Below, piece by piece: positions 10,640 through 21,738 of a stretch of DNA of 64,000 bases; the stretch's first letter is position 1; the number at the start of each line of letters is the position of its first letter. Below the pieces are notes generated by a model, which searched no databases, was not told the origin of the DNA, and saw nothing but the letters and a program-made list of their open reading frames with translations. Source of the DNA: Pseudomonadota bacterium (GTDB taxonomy: Bacteria > Pseudomonadota > Alphaproteobacteria > Micavibrionales > UBA1664); assembly GCA_009926935.1 (NCBI GenBank), contig RFNZ01000004.1, forward strand, positions 21,104-85,103, in the 5' to 3' direction. The position numbers and the translations under genes are program-made.

Positions 10640-11584
10640 ATGGCTGTCTACACGCACGTCACCGCAGATGAAGTATCGGATTATCTGAAAAGCTACGCCC
10701 TCGGCACGTACCGTGCGCATGAGGGCATTACGCAGGGCGTCGAAAATACAAACTACCATCTGCATACCAGCAGCGGTCGATACATCCTGACCATTTTTGA
10801 AAAACGTATCCGGCGTGAGGACTTGCCTTTCGTATTCGGTTTTACAGCTCATCTGAAAGCCTCCGGCATCAATGTACCTGATGCTTACTCCGACAAAACG
10901 GGCAATATCATTGGCACGCTGGGCGGCAAGCCGGCGGCGGTAATACGGTATTTGGATGGCGCAGGCGTCAAGGATCAGGATATAACGCCGGACCACTGCG
11001 CCCAGTTGGGAGAGACGCTGGCCCGCATGCATCTTTCGGCGCAAAGCTTTGCGGGCGGGCGTGAAAACCCCGTCAATCATACGGTCTGGAAAAAACTGCT
11101 GAAAGAAGCCCTGCCAAAAACAGAAATTTTGGACGAGGCAAGCCAGCAGGCAATTGAGAAAACATTCAAGGATTACCTTGCAATTGAGCAGTCTTCGCTG
11201 CCCTTTGCAGCCATCCATGCCGACGCTTTTCCGGATAACGTTTTTTTTGAAGGGCCTCGCCTAAGCGGCGTTATCGATTTTTACTTTGCCTGCACGGATA
11301 CGTTTGCCTACGACGCAGCCATGACCCTCAATGCGTGGTGTTTTACGACGGATGGTGTTCTTGTGCCCCAAAGGCTGGAGGCATTTACAAATGCCTATGA
11401 GAGTGTCCGTCCATTGATGCAGGTGGAAAAGGATGCCTTTGGCGCACTGCGCCGCGCGGCGGCCCTCCGGATTCTTTCAACCCGCCTTTACGACTGGGTG
11501 TTTACGCCAACTGACGCCAACGTGGTCAAAAAAGACCCCATCGAATACCTTAAAAAACTAAAGGCGGACGTAACATGGCCGTAA
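10640..11584 (+). CDS. thrB: Homoserine kinase (type II, APH-like)
   Basis: [38 protein letters not shown]. Confidence 0.93.
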   Translation: MAVYTHVTADEVSDYLKSYALGTYRAHEGITQGVENTNYHLHTSSGRYILTIFEKRIRREDLPFVFGFTAHLKASGINVPDAYSDKTGNIIGTLGGKPAAVIRYLDGAGVKDQDITPDHCAQLGETLARMHLSAQSFAGGRENPVNHTVWKKLLKEALPKTEILDEASQQAIEKTFKDYLAIEQSSLPFAAIHADAFPDNVFFEGPRLSGVIDFYFACTDTFAYDAAMTLNAWCFTTDGVLVPQRLEAFTNAYESVRPLMQVEKDAFGALRRAAALRILSTRLYDWVFTPTDANVVKKDPIEYLKKLKADVTWP

Positions 11585-12003
11585 AAATTTATACGGACGG
11601 CGCGTGCTCCGGTAACCCCGGCCCAGGTGGGTGGGGAGCCGTTTTGCAGTATAACGGCACGGAAAAAGAACTTTCCGGCGGAGAATCGCTGACCACCAAC
11701 AATCGTATGGAGCTAATGGCGGTGATCGAATCTCTGAACGTGCTGAAACGCCCATGCGAGATAAATCTTTATACGGATAGTAAGTACGTAATGGATGGCA
11801 TAACAAAATATATGGCCAACTGGCAAAACAACGGCTGGCGCACCGCCGATAAAAAAGAAGTTAAAAACAAAGACCTCTGGGAAAAACTTGTGGAAGCGCT
11901 TGAAAGACATCAGGTCAAATGGCATTGGGTCAAAGGCCATGCCGGCCATCCCGAGAACGAACGGGCCGATGCGCTAGCTCGCGCGGGCATCCCTAAACCG
12001 TAA
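11575..12003 (+). CDS. rnhA: Ribonuclease HI
   Basis: [38 protein letters not shown]. Confidence 0.97.
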   Translation: MAVKIYTDGACSGNPGPGGWGAVLQYNGTEKELSGGESLTTNNRMELMAVIESLNVLKRPCEINLYTDSKYVMDGITKYMANWQNNGWRTADKKEVKNKDLWEKLVEALERHQVKWHWVKGHAGHPENERADALARAGIPKP

Positions 12004-12006
12004 AAC

Positions 12007-12061
12007 TTATCCACAACGATCTCGCGACAAACGGGCGGGATTCAGATTCCGTTAACGACTC
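12007..12061 (+). promoter_or_regulatory. DnaA box, three GANTC sites and a CtrA-like site
   Basis: TTATCCACA 12007-12015; GANTC at 12039, 12045, 12057; TTCA-N7-TTAAC 12041-12056. Confidence 0.5.
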
Positions 12062-12121
12062 CGGCGCAACCTTTCCTCATAGGCGCAATCATTGTGCCTT
12101 GAAAAAACAGGGAGGTACGCC

Positions 12122-12574
12122 ATGAGTGAAACATTCGTTACCACCACCCCGATAAGAACAAGCCGTCAGGCCACCCGCATCATACTGCCTTGCCAGCCTG
12201 AAAATGCCGGCAAGATAGAACGCGAAATCCACCTCGCGTTTTTTAAATCTTTCAGAGAGGGGCCACATCGTCGCATGGAGACGCGGATTTTAACCGCTAT
12301 CCACCGCGCAGCCGATGTCACGGATAACTCTGACGCTTATGTAAGCCGCGTACTCGTAGATATGGGGCTTATGGCCCCGCGTCTCGCCTACCCGGGGGAT
12401 TTTCTGGATCATGTGGACGCAACTCTCCTGAGAGACAGGCCTTTGCGCACCGTGCCGCCATCCTATCTGGCCCTAACCGCCCATTGGAGCGCGATAGGCG
12501 AAGACGGCTACGCCCTTCAGGAAAGAGCGGAAGGTCCAGAGAAGCGCCTGTACAGTTTTTTAACCACGGCCTGA
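12122..12574 (+). CDS. Hypothetical protein
   Basis: GGAGG SD before ATG 12122; 150 aa. Confidence 0.7.
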   Translation: MSETFVTTTPIRTSRQATRIILPCQPENAGKIEREIHLAFFKSFREGPHRRMETRILTAIHRAADVTDNSDAYVSRVLVDMGLMAPRLAYPGDFLDHVDATLLRDRPLRTVPPSYLALTAHWSAIGEDGYALQERAEGPEKRLYSFLTTA

Positions 12575-12627
12575 CTTTCCTTTGGGCGCAAATATGCTAC
12601 CTTGGGGCGTAAGATTAATTCGCCCGA

Positions 12628-13125
12628 TTGGAACCAATGCCCTACGACTTTAGCAAGCTCAGTGTACTCGTGGTCGAGGACTCGGCTCCCATGCTGGAAG
12701 TGGTCGTGAATGCGCTCAAACTTTTGGGTGTCGGGCATGTGTATCAGGCCCGTAACGGTGAAAGCGGATTCCAGCAGTTTATAAAAATTCGCCCCGATAT
12801 CGTTCTCACAGACTGGGAGATGGAACCCGTTGACGGGCTTGAACTCATAAAATGGATCCGGCGGGACAGCATGTCCCCGAAAAGGACTGTCCCCGTCATC
12901 ATCATGACCGGTTACGCGGCCTCAATGCGCGTGGCCGAAGCCCGCGACAAGGGTGTCACCGAATTTTTGGTCAAACCTTTTACAGCCAACGAACTTGCGC
13001 GGCGCATCGCCTATGTGATCGACAGTCCGCGCGACTTCGTCGAAACACGCGAGTTTTTCGGGCCGGACCGCAGAAGGCGCAGAAGCCAGGATTACGAAGG
13101 CCCGGAACGCAGGAAGGAAGACTAA
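12628..13125 (+). CDS. Response regulator receiver protein with Arg-rich C-terminal tail
   Basis: LVVED, PDIVLTDWEMEPVDG (phospho-Asp), IIMTG, FLVKPF, then GPDRRRR...GPERR. Confidence 0.9.
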   Translation: MEPMPYDFSKLSVLVVEDSAPMLEVVVNALKLLGVGHVYQARNGESGFQQFIKIRPDIVLTDWEMEPVDGLELIKWIRRDSMSPKRTVPVIIMTGYAASMRVAEARDKGVTEFLVKPFTANELARRIAYVIDSPRDFVETREFFGPDRRRRRSQDYEGPERRKED

Positions 13126-13128
13126 CCA

Positions 13129-13653
13129 ATGGTCGGCAAGGACAAATACGGGTTCCGCGAATCATTTCCGCGCTTTTACAAGGCAGATTACGAACTCCAG
13201 AAAAAAGTGGGCACGGGCAACCTGGATCCGAATTCTGTCGCCAAGGTCCAGCAATTTCTGGATAGCGTACAGACCGATATAGGCCCGCAGCTGCGCGAGT
13301 ATCTGGACGAAATCGAAAACACACTCAAAGATGCACGCGCGCTAAGCTACGGGCGTGAGGAGTTTTTACCAAAAATCACAAAACCTCTCATGAACACCAA
13401 AGCGACATCCGGCATGTTTCAGGAGATGATGGTTTGCCGTGTTAGCTCTTTTGTTCTGACTTTTATCGAGGATGTCCGGAAGTTTGATAACGACGTTGCC
13501 GATATTATCGGCGCTTACATCAAGGTAGCCCGGATGTTGCTGGATTTAAAAATTAAAGACGAAACAAACCCTCACGGACAGAGCTTCCTCACGGAAATCA
13601 GAAACGCCTGCAAACGCTACTACGACAAGCAGTCAAGCGCCGTCAAAGGCTAA
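13129..13653 (+). CDS. Helical hypothetical protein coupled to the response regulator (possibly Hpt-like)
   Basis: 174 aa starting 3 nt after the regulator's stop; helical composition. Confidence 0.65.
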   Translation: MVGKDKYGFRESFPRFYKADYELQKKVGTGNLDPNSVAKVQQFLDSVQTDIGPQLREYLDEIENTLKDARALSYGREEFLPKITKPLMNTKATSGMFQEMMVCRVSSFVLTFIEDVRKFDNDVADIIGAYIKVARMLLDLKIKDETNPHGQSFLTEIRNACKRYYDKQSSAVKG

Positions 13654-13658
13654 TCGCA

Positions 13659-15665
13659 TCAGTTGTTAAAGCGCCGTTCATCGACGATGGGTTTCATCCG
13701 CTGGCCGTTACGCTCCATGGGTTGAGCAGTTTCGCCACTACCAAAAATGCGTGTGAAAACACCTGAAAGCCCTTCAGAAGCAAAAGCCGATCCAAACGAC
13801 ATTTCATAAGGGTCGGCATCAGTCATGGCGACGATCGGGCGCCCCTCCTGAGCGGTTTTAATGACCTGCCGGAAGATTTCGGCAGGGGCGTTGCCGCCGT
13901 ATTGCTTGCGCATCTGGGTATTGTCGTCATGGCCAACCCATACGGCTGCAACAGCGGTACCAGACATGCCAACAAACCACGTATCCCGATAATCGGATGA
14001 TGTGCCTGTTTTACCCGCAACGGGGAAACCCGGATAAGCACGCCCGCCCGTACCGCGTGTTACGACTTCCTGCATCATGGCAATTAGGCGTCGGCAGGCG
14101 TCACCATCAATGACAGGCGGCTGTGGTTGCGCCTCGTGCTTGTAAAGGACATCGTTCTCGGAGTCTCGAATGCTCACGATGCCGTAGGGTTCGGTCGGGA
14201 TTCCATAGTTGGCAATTGTTGCGTAAGCCTGTGCCATTTCAATGACGCTGACCTCGGCTGTGCCAAGGGCTGCACTGTAATTGGGAACAATTTCTCCCTT
14301 AATTCCGGCGCGGTGCGCAACATCGATGACGGCGTCGATTCCCACTTCAACGGCCATGCGCACCGCAGCCGTGTTAAGAGAAAGTGCCATAGCTGAGCTA
14401 AGCGGGACGAGCCCGTAATACTGACCGTCATGGTTGGCAGGCGCATAACTTCCAAGCTGGATCGGCGCGTCTTCAATAGGGTCACCTGGCCTCCAGCCCT
14501 TTTCAAGAGCCGCCAGATACACAAAAGGCTTGAAGGATGAACCGGGTTGGCGCAAAGCCTGAGTAGCCCGGTTAAACTGGCTTTCTCGGTAGTTGGTGCC
14601 GCCGATCATGGCACGTACCGCGCCGTCACGTTCAAGCACTACGACGGCTCCCTGTGGCTTACGTTTGGCATCCTTGAAAAATGTATCGATGGAGCTGCGC
14701 ACGGCCTCCTGCGCTACGCGCTCAAGCTTATGATCAAGCGTGGTCACGATGGTAAGGTCAGCCCCGGAAATACCGATCAGCTCGTTGGCACGGTCAAGCA
14801 CCCAGTCAGCAAAATAACGACTTCCGTCATTGTTACTACGCAAAGAAAAAGGTTTACGTGGCGGCGTTGGCTTGCCGCTATTTTTGTCTTCTTCCTCTTT
14901 TTTGACGTCGATGAACCCCGATGACTCCATGGCGGTCAGAACCATGTTCATACGCTCGATTGCGCGATCAGGATTAACCTCGGGGCTGAGGCGGGAAGGG
15001 GCTTTGAGAAGGCCGGCAAGCATAGCCGCTTCCTCAAGGGTCAGGCGCTCGGGTGTCTTATCAAAGTAGACACGCGAGGCGGCGTCAATACCGTAGGCCC
15101 CCGCCCCGAAATAAACGCGGTTGAGATAAGACGTTAAAATTTCTTCCTTCGTATATTTGATCTCAAGCCACACAGCCAGAATAGCCTCCTGAATTTTACG
15201 CTTGAGCGTACGGTCAGGTTTTAAAAAAAGATTTTTGGCCAATTGCTGCGTGATGGTGGAGCCGCCCTGAACAATACGCCCTTGCCGCCAGTTCATGACG
15301 GCAGCGCGCAAAAGGCCGATGGGATCAACACCGAGATGGTAGTAGAAGCGGCGGTCTTCAATCGCAAGAACAGCGTTCCCGACATAAGGTGGCAGGTCTT
15401 GAACTTTGACTCGTTTTCCGCTGCTTTCGCCGTAATTGGCTAAAACGGTCTGGCCGTCATTTGCCAGCACCACGACCGAGCGTTTGCGCTCGAAGTTCGA
15501 TTTGCGTGTAAGCTCAATAAGGTCTTTGCCGTACCAAAGAACAACACCGCCTACGACAATGCCGCCCCAGATAGCCAAAACGAACATCCAGCGGAAGAAC
15601 GCGCCAAAGAACCCCGATTTTCGAGAGGCATCATCAAAGTCGTCGTGGCGTTTGCGCTTGGCCAT
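13659..15665 (-). CDS. Class A penicillin-binding protein (PBP1A family)
   Basis: N-terminal TM; transglycosylase AIEDRRFYYH, GGSTITQQLAKN, RKIQE; transpeptidase SSFK, SLN, KTG. Confidence 0.93.
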   Translation of the reverse strand: MAKRKRHDDFDDASRKSGFFGAFFRWMFVLAIWGGIVVGGVVLWYGKDLIELTRKSNFERKRSVVVLANDGQTVLANYGESSGKRVKVQDLPPYVGNAVLAIEDRRFYYHLGVDPIGLLRAAVMNWRQGRIVQGGSTITQQLAKNLFLKPDRTLKRKIQEAILAVWLEIKYTKEEILTSYLNRVYFGAGAYGIDAASRVYFDKTPERLTLEEAAMLAGLLKAPSRLSPEVNPDRAIERMNMVLTAMESSGFIDVKKEEEDKNSGKPTPPRKPFSLRSNNDGSRYFADWVLDRANELIGISGADLTIVTTLDHKLERVAQEAVRSSIDTFFKDAKRKPQGAVVVLERDGAVRAMIGGTNYRESQFNRATQALRQPGSSFKPFVYLAALEKGWRPGDPIEDAPIQLGSYAPANHDGQYYGLVPLSSAMALSLNTAAVRMAVEVGIDAVIDVAHRAGIKGEIVPNYSAALGTAEVSVIEMAQAYATIANYGIPTEPYGIVSIRDSENDVLYKHEAQPQPPVIDGDACRRLIAMMQEVVTRGTGGRAYPGFPVAGKTGTSSDYRDTWFVGMSGTAVAAVWVGHDDNTQMRKQYGGNAPAEIFRQVIKTAQEGRPIVAMTDADPYEMSFGSAFASEGLSGVFTRIFGSGETAQPMERNGQRMKPIVDERRFNN

Positions 15666-15722
15666 AAGGTTCAGTGTTTGTTATTGTATTTCAATCCATT
15701 ATTCAAGACGAAGGGCGTAGCA

Positions 15723-16160
15723 ATGATCCATATTCCAGCATCACGTATCGCCATAGCCTTGGGACTTTGGGGGCTTGTTCCTTTTATTGTGCCCGCAGTC
15801 TGTCTCTGGCTTGTGGCACCCTCATGGCAGGATGCCTTTGCCCGTGCTTTGGTGGCGTATGGGGCGGTTATCCTGTCATTTTTAGGCGGTATGCACTGGG
15901 GCTCGGCCGTCGAGGGCAGCGATGAGCCTAAAAAAATAGAGCGTTACGTTTATGCCGTATGCCCGTCGCTACTGGCTGTGGTGGCTCTTATGTGCCCGCC
16001 TGATAAAGGGCTGTTTTTGTTGTTTTTAGGGTTGATGGCTGCGTTTTTTGTAGATCGCCGTGTCTATGCATCGACAAAATGGTTCGTGATACTGCGCGCC
16101 GTGCTGACGGCTGTAGCGACGCTCTGCCTTTACGCGGGGTACAAAGCCTTACAGCATTAA
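15723..16160 (+). CDS. DUF3429-like membrane protein
   Basis: GLVPF, YGAVILSFLGGMHWG, several TM segments. Confidence 0.75.
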   Translation: MIHIPASRIAIALGLWGLVPFIVPAVCLWLVAPSWQDAFARALVAYGAVILSFLGGMHWGSAVEGSDEPKKIERYVYAVCPSLLAVVALMCPPDKGLFLLFLGLMAAFFVDRRVYASTKWFVILRAVLTAVATLCLYAGYKALQH

Positions 16161-17597
16161 CCAGCTTGCAAGACCAAGGAAGGTAAAGAACCCGACAACA
16201 TCCGTAACCGTCGTCAGGAAGACGGCTGAGGCAAGCGCGGGGTCAACCTTAACCCTTTCCAAAAGTAGCGGAATAAGAATACCGAAAAGCCCCGCTGCCA
16301 CCAGATTTACAATCATCGCAAGCCCGATAACAACGCCCAGCATCTGGCTATCAAACCAGTAGGCGGCGGCAACGCCCGTAATGAGAGCGAAGGCAAATCC
16401 GTTGAGGAATCCGACCGCTGTTTCTTTAAAAATTGTTCGCAGCATGTTGGTTTTTGAAAGTTCTTTCATGGCAAGGGCCCTCACGGCTACAGTCAGGGTC
16501 TGCGTACCGGCGTTTCCGCCCATGCCGGCTACAATAGGCATAAGGACAGCCAGTGCCACGATCTGCTGCAAAGTCGCTTCAAATAGTCCCACAACGCTCG
16601 ATGCCAGAAAAGCCGTCCCGAGGTTGATACCCAGCCACCAGAAACGGGATGCTGCAGTAGGCAAAATGCTGCGGTGGAGGTCAGAGCTGTCAACCCCGCC
16701 AAGGCGCATGATGTCTTCCTGAGCTTCTTCGGCCACAACCTCGACCACGTCATCAACCGTAATAACGCCGATAATCCGGTCGTTAGCGTCAACGATAGGC
16801 GCGGATGTCAGCCCCTCGCGGCGGAAGAGGCGCGCAACTTCCTCCTGATCCGTATCGGCGGGGATAGGGTGAATTTCCGTTAGTGCTAGATCTTCGATTT
16901 TCACCGATCGTTTGGAGCGCAAAATCCGGTCGAGCGGAATTTCGCCGACAACGTGATAGAGCGGGTCAATGACGAAAACGACAGTGAAGTGGTCGGGCAA
17001 TTCTTCGCCGCCGGCTTCGCGCATGTAATCAATGGTTTTGCCAACAGTCCAGAAACGGGGTATGGCCACAAAATCGCGGCTCATCCGGCGGCCTGCTGAT
17101 TCTTCAGGATAGGTCAGACCCTCTTCAACCGCCGCACGGTCCGAGGCAGAAAGCTTGAGCAGAATCTGTTTCTGGAAACTTGGTGACAGATCCTCGATCA
17201 GGGCTACGGCGTCATCGCTCTCCAGTGTCGCAAGCATGGAGGCAACGCGTGCAGGGGTCATGCCTTCAATGGTTTGGCGTGCAAGCTCAGGCGCAAGCCA
17301 GGAGAAAACATCTGCCGTAAAAATATGCGGGAAACGGTCAATGAGGAACGCGCGGTCATCCCCCCCGATTTTGGACAGAAGGTCGCCACGGTCTGCGGCA
17401 TTGAGATCAGCAAGAATAAGGCGCACGTCTTCCTCACGCCCGTCATCAAGGGCGGTCAGGATGTCGTCAATCATCTCATCAGAAAGTGCGGCCTCAACGA
17501 CCACATCTGTATCGGGAGCCTCAGGATCTTTGAAAAGGCTCTCTTGCTTTACATCTTCGAGTGCTGACGGCTCACGGGTGTGCGCGTCCGTATTCAT
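16149..17597 (-). CDS. mgtE: Magnesium transporter MgtE
   Basis: YPEESAGRRM, CBS pair, LMPIVAGMGGNAGTQ, TTVTDVVGFF. Confidence 0.95.
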   Translation of the reverse strand: MNTDAHTREPSALEDVKQESLFKDPEAPDTDVVVEAALSDEMIDDILTALDDGREEDVRLILADLNAADRGDLLSKIGGDDRAFLIDRFPHIFTADVFSWLAPELARQTIEGMTPARVASMLATLESDDAVALIEDLSPSFQKQILLKLSASDRAAVEEGLTYPEESAGRRMSRDFVAIPRFWTVGKTIDYMREAGGEELPDHFTVVFVIDPLYHVVGEIPLDRILRSKRSVKIEDLALTEIHPIPADTDQEEVARLFRREGLTSAPIVDANDRIIGVITVDDVVEVVAEEAQEDIMRLGGVDSSDLHRSILPTAASRFWWLGINLGTAFLASSVVGLFEATLQQIVALAVLMPIVAGMGGNAGTQTLTVAVRALAMKELSKTNMLRTIFKETAVGFLNGFAFALITGVAAAYWFDSQMLGVVIGLAMIVNLVAAGLFGILIPLLLERVKVDPALASAVFLTTVTDVVGFFTFLGLASWLML

Positions 17598-17657
17598 GCC
17601 TTTCCTTTATACGCAAAGCCATGGGCATGGCTAGTAAAGAAATAGGGCACCTAAGAC

Positions 17658-19955
17658 TTACTGGCTGAAAATTGGTGCGTCCTGCCCGGCCATCACTTGC
17701 GCGCCAACTGCACCAAGTGCGGCAATGTTTACAAGGCCGCGTGGTGTGGCGGCCGATGTAACAATATGGACAGGCTTGGCAACACCAAGAAGGAAAGGCC
17801 CAACTGGCGTACCTTCCGACATGATTTTGACCGCGTTATAGGTGATGTTTGCGGCCTCGACAGTGGGGAACACCAGCAAGTTGGCAACACCCTTGAGGCG
17901 CGAATTCGGCATCACGATTTTGCGTATGTCTTCGGATAACGCGGCATCCGCGTGCATCTCGCCGTCAACTTCAAGGCCCGGTTCACGGGCATGAAGCTCG
18001 GCTACCGCCTGCCGCATTTTAATAGCGCTCGGATGATTGTGCGTTCCGAAATTGGAATGTGAAACCATGGCAATTTTAGGCTCAATGCCAAAGCGGCGCA
18101 TTTCATCTGCGGCAAGGCGCGTCATTTCAACGATCTGGGAAACGCTAGGATTCGGGTTTACGTGCGTGTCGCAGAAAAACACGGTGTGCTTCTGCGTAAT
18201 AAGCCCGACGCAGGCCGCAGCCGTTTCGGCACCGGGTCTGAGACCGATGATATCCTGAACATGTTTCAGGTGGTCATGGTACTGTCCGATAACACCGCAG
18301 ATCATGGAATCTGCTTCATTACGCTGAACCATGATAGAGGCAATGGCAGTCGGGTTAGTGCGTACGACAAGCTTGGCAACAGAAGGGGCTATGCCCTTAC
18401 GCTGCATTACGTGATGGTAGTGGGTCCAGTAATCACGGTAGCGCGGGTCGTTTTCAGGGTCGACCAGGTCAAAATCACGCCCCATCTGTAGGCGCAGGCG
18501 CAGCTTTTTGATACGGACATCGACCACTTTTTCGCGGCCGATCAAAATGGGCCGCGCCAGCTTTTCATCGACAAGCGTTTGTGCCGCCATCAATACGCGG
18601 TCTTCCTCACCTTCAGCGAAGGCAATTTTTTTGGTTTCTTTTTTGGACGCGGTAAACAAAGACCGCATAACCATGTTGGAGCGGTAATAGTGCTGCGTAA
18701 GCCTGTCACGGTATGATTCCCAATCCGTAATCGGACGGGCGGCAACCCCTGTATCCATGGCCGCTTTTGCTACAGCGATCGGGATGTTGACGATAAGCCG
18801 CGGGTCAAACGGTTTAGGGATAAGATAGTCCGGCCCGAAGGTCAGGTTTTCGGCCCCGTAAATGGCCGTTACTTCGTGCGTTGCTTCCTCCATGGCCAAA
18901 TCGGCAATCGCGCGCACACACGCAACCTTCATCTCTTCGTTTATCGCGGTTGCGCCCACATCCAAAGCCCCACGGAACAGGAAGGGGAAGCAAAGAACGT
19001 TGTTGACCTGATTGGGATAATCCGAGCGACCGGTGCACACAATCGCATCCGGCTTAAATTGCGCCACTTCTTCCGGCATGATTTCAGGGGTCGGGTTGGC
19101 AAGCGCCATCACAAGCGGGGCCTTTGCCATGGTTTTTACAAGATCGCCCTTCAAAACGCCGGGGCCTGATAGGCCCAAAAACACATCGGCATCGGCAATC
19201 GCATCAGCAAGGGACCGCGCGTTGGTTTCCACGGCAAATTCTTCCTTGTATTTATCCATGCCTTCTTTGCGGCCTTTATAGATGACGCCGTTTTTATCGG
19301 TCACGGTGATGTTGGATTTGGGCAGGCCCAACTGCACAAGCATCTTGAGGCAGGCAAGCGATGATGCGCCGGCACCGGACGCCACCAAACGTATTTCTTC
19401 CATCTTGCGACCGGACATACGGATCCAGTTGGTGAAGGCCGCGCCAACAATAATGGCCGTACCATGCTGGTCGTCATGGAAAACGGGGATTTTCATGCGT
19501 TCGCGCAGGCGGCGTTCAATTTCAAAACATTCTGGCGCCTTGAAGTCTTCAAGATTGATCCCGCCAAAGGTGGGCTCAAGCGATGCAATGATGTCCACGC
19601 ATTTATCGACATCCGTTTCATCAATCTCGATGTCATAGGAATCAATATCGGCAAACTTTTTGAATAGGGCTGATTTGCCTTCCATCACCGGCTTACTGGC
19701 TAGCGCGCCGATGTTCCCAAGACCCAAAACAGCCGTGCCGTTGGAGATAACCGCAACGATGTTTCCGCGGCTTGTGTAGTCAAGGGCGAGAAGGGGGTTT
19801 TCTGCAATCGCCTCGCACGCGGCGGCAACGCCAGGTGAGTAGGCGAGAGAAAGGTCCCGCTGCGTCGTCATCGGTTTTGTAACATGGATCGCAAGTTTCC
19901 CCGGTGTGGGTTTCTTGTGATACTCGAGAGCGGCATCGTGCAGAGATTGTTCCAT
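17658..19955 (-). CDS. maeB: NADP-dependent malic enzyme with PTA-like domain
   Basis: [35 protein letters not shown]-terminal AEGEEDRVL and DGEMHAD. Confidence 0.96.
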   Translation of the reverse strand: MEQSLHDAALEYHKKPTPGKLAIHVTKPMTTQRDLSLAYSPGVAAACEAIAENPLLALDYTSRGNIVAVISNGTAVLGLGNIGALASKPVMEGKSALFKKFADIDSYDIEIDETDVDKCVDIIASLEPTFGGINLEDFKAPECFEIERRLRERMKIPVFHDDQHGTAIIVGAAFTNWIRMSGRKMEEIRLVASGAGASSLACLKMLVQLGLPKSNITVTDKNGVIYKGRKEGMDKYKEEFAVETNARSLADAIADADVFLGLSGPGVLKGDLVKTMAKAPLVMALANPTPEIMPEEVAQFKPDAIVCTGRSDYPNQVNNVLCFPFLFRGALDVGATAINEEMKVACVRAIADLAMEEATHEVTAIYGAENLTFGPDYLIPKPFDPRLIVNIPIAVAKAAMDTGVAARPITDWESYRDRLTQHYYRSNMVMRSLFTASKKETKKIAFAEGEEDRVLMAAQTLVDEKLARPILIGREKVVDVRIKKLRLRLQMGRDFDLVDPENDPRYRDYWTHYHHVMQRKGIAPSVAKLVVRTNPTAIASIMVQRNEADSMICGVIGQYHDHLKHVQDIIGLRPGAETAAACVGLITQKHTVFFCDTHVNPNPSVSQIVEMTRLAADEMRRFGIEPKIAMVSHSNFGTHNHPSAIKMRQAVAELHAREPGLEVDGEMHADAALSEDIRKIVMPNSRLKGVANLLVFPTVEAANITYNAVKIMSEGTPVGPFLLGVAKPVHIVTSAATPRGLVNIAALGAVGAQVMAGQDAPIFSQ

Positions 19956-19991
19956 AAGGTACCCGAAAAGGCATAAGATGTTTTAGTGTAA

Positions 19992-20076
19992 TGGTGCGGT
20001 CAAGAAGACTCGAACTTCCACGGGTTACCCCGCTACCACCTCAAGGTAGTGCGTCTACCAATTCCGCCATGACCGC
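19992..20076 (-). tRNA. tRNA-Leu(GAG)
   Basis: Reverse complement GCGGTCATGGCGGAATTGGTAGACGC...CTACC-TTGAGGT-GGTAG, long variable arm, GTTCGAG, 3' CCA. Confidence 0.95.
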
Positions 20077-20170
20077 GAATTACACCGGATTTGCGCTGGA
20101 TAACTAGCAAATCCGCCGTATGGTGGCAACACGAATACACAATGCAGCGCACCATGAAAAGAGAAATTTT

Positions 20171-20944
20171 TTAAAGGCGCGGTGGCGCGGGTCTGCGCCC
20201 GGTAAAAACGTGGAGTTTTGCGCTGCTGGCGCCTCCGGAGTTGGCGGCAGCCAGAGGCACGGCAAGGTCGGGGACTTTTGTGGAAAGTCTATCAAAAAGC
20301 CCCTTAAAGTGCCGAGCCATGGCTGTATCGCTCTGTGCAAGCAGGGGCCCATAAGGCGCAACTTCACGAAGGAGAGGGTAAAGCGTCTGTGTGGTTTCAA
20401 CTTCCAGAGCGCGCTCGCATAAATGGACGGCATGAAGCTCGCTCACGAGGCGTGTGGCAGGGCTCATGGCCTTATACTGTGTGCTGTTTAGAGCACCGTT
20501 GGCATGAAAATGCGCGGCTTCAAGATAAATGCCTCTGGCCTCATCCATGAAGGGTCTAAAATCACCGATCGAAAGAATTCTATGAGCGCGCGGAAAATAT
20601 CCATCCTCGGAAGGCAAGGCGCGCATGGCAATCGCGCACAAAAGCGGGTCAGACAATTCGTTGATATTTACAAAATCGGGCGCGCCGTGCTCGGAAGCCG
20701 TATCAAGGTACAGGGCAAGATTGGCAAGCGCGATCGAACGGCTGACATCGCCCTCATTAAGTGCTTTCCGGCCATGCTCTATATTCTCGGGAGAGAGGCT
20801 GAGACTGACAAAGTAGCGAAAAACATGGTGGCGATCGCAATCGATACCACAGTCCTCAAGAGCCGCACGGACGAGGCTGTAAATGGAATCTGAATCGTTA
20901 AATAGGCTGACGGCTTTTTGTCTCATAAGTCGTCTTATGAACAA
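20171..20944 (-). CDS. Hypothetical protein (distant paralog of 20959-21723)
   Basis: 257 aa; LSDPLLCAIAMRALP and LVSELHAV match motifs in the neighbour. Confidence 0.7.
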   Translation of the reverse strand: MFIRRLMRQKAVSLFNDSDSIYSLVRAALEDCGIDCDRHHVFRYFVSLSLSPENIEHGRKALNEGDVSRSIALANLALYLDTASEHGAPDFVNINELSDPLLCAIAMRALPSEDGYFPRAHRILSIGDFRPFMDEARGIYLEAAHFHANGALNSTQYKAMSPATRLVSELHAVHLCERALEVETTQTLYPLLREVAPYGPLLAQSDTAMARHFKGLFDRLSTKVPDLAVPLAAANSGGASSAKLHVFTGRRPAPPRL

Positions 20945-20958
20945 ACATTATGTCAAAA

Positions 20959-21723
20959 TCAAGTTTTTACGAGGCGCCTATGCTCATCACGCCTGTATCG
21001 CGACATGGGGATAACAACGCCGCCACCTTGAGGTTCACCGGGTTTACTGCGCGGAGCAACCTTACTTTTGTCCTGCATGTCGGCATCGATAAGCCCAACG
21101 ATGGAGTGATAGCGGTTGCACATGGCGCTCTCGATCGCCCCCATCAAAAGCCTGTAGCGGTTGACGCCGTTCATCATCAGAGATTTATCGACAAGCGTCA
21201 GTTTTGTACTTTTGTCCGATATTTTTAAAAGTGTACGGCGCGCCACATCAAGGGCATGGAGCTGCACAAGAAACTGCGCATCCGGCCCGGCGCTCCGATA
21301 GGCTCTGACGGAGGGGATAGGTTCGTCATTCACACGCCTGAACCCGGAGTAGACGTGCTTGAGATTGGCAAGAAACCCCTCGGCCTCGGGATATTTTGAA
21401 AGCATCGCGGTTCCTTTAAGACCCAGATCAGGTGTGTCGCGCATGGCAATAGCAGTTAAAAGTTCCTCAGAAAGCGGACGGGAGGGGTTTGCAAAGTTGG
21501 ATGCCTCAAGGACAGCGCGAACAATGTTCTCAAGGCGCGGGGTAATGGCATCATCATGGGCACGGGCACGGTTGCCATCCCCATCCATTCCAAGGGTTTC
21601 CGAAAAACTGAACAGCAGAAAGCTGTATAAATTTTTAAAATTCTCAGGTGCAAGCCTCATCGAGGTGAACGCTTCATTGACGCGGTCACGGACGCTCGGT
21701 ACGGCTACAAAAGAAAAAGTCAT
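20959..21723 (-). CDS. Hypothetical protein (distant paralog of 20171-20944)
   Basis: 254 aa; [30 protein letters not shown]. Confidence 0.7.
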   Translation of the reverse strand: MTFSFVAVPSVRDRVNEAFTSMRLAPENFKNLYSFLLFSFSETLGMDGDGNRARAHDDAITPRLENIVRAVLEASNFANPSRPLSEELLTAIAMRDTPDLGLKGTAMLSKYPEAEGFLANLKHVYSGFRRVNDEPIPSVRAYRSAGPDAQFLVQLHALDVARRTLLKISDKSTKLTLVDKSLMMNGVNRYRLLMGAIESAMCNRYHSIVGLIDADMQDKSKVAPRSKPGEPQGGGVVIPMSRYRRDEHRRLVKT

Positions 21724-21738
21724 AGCACAGCCTATTTA

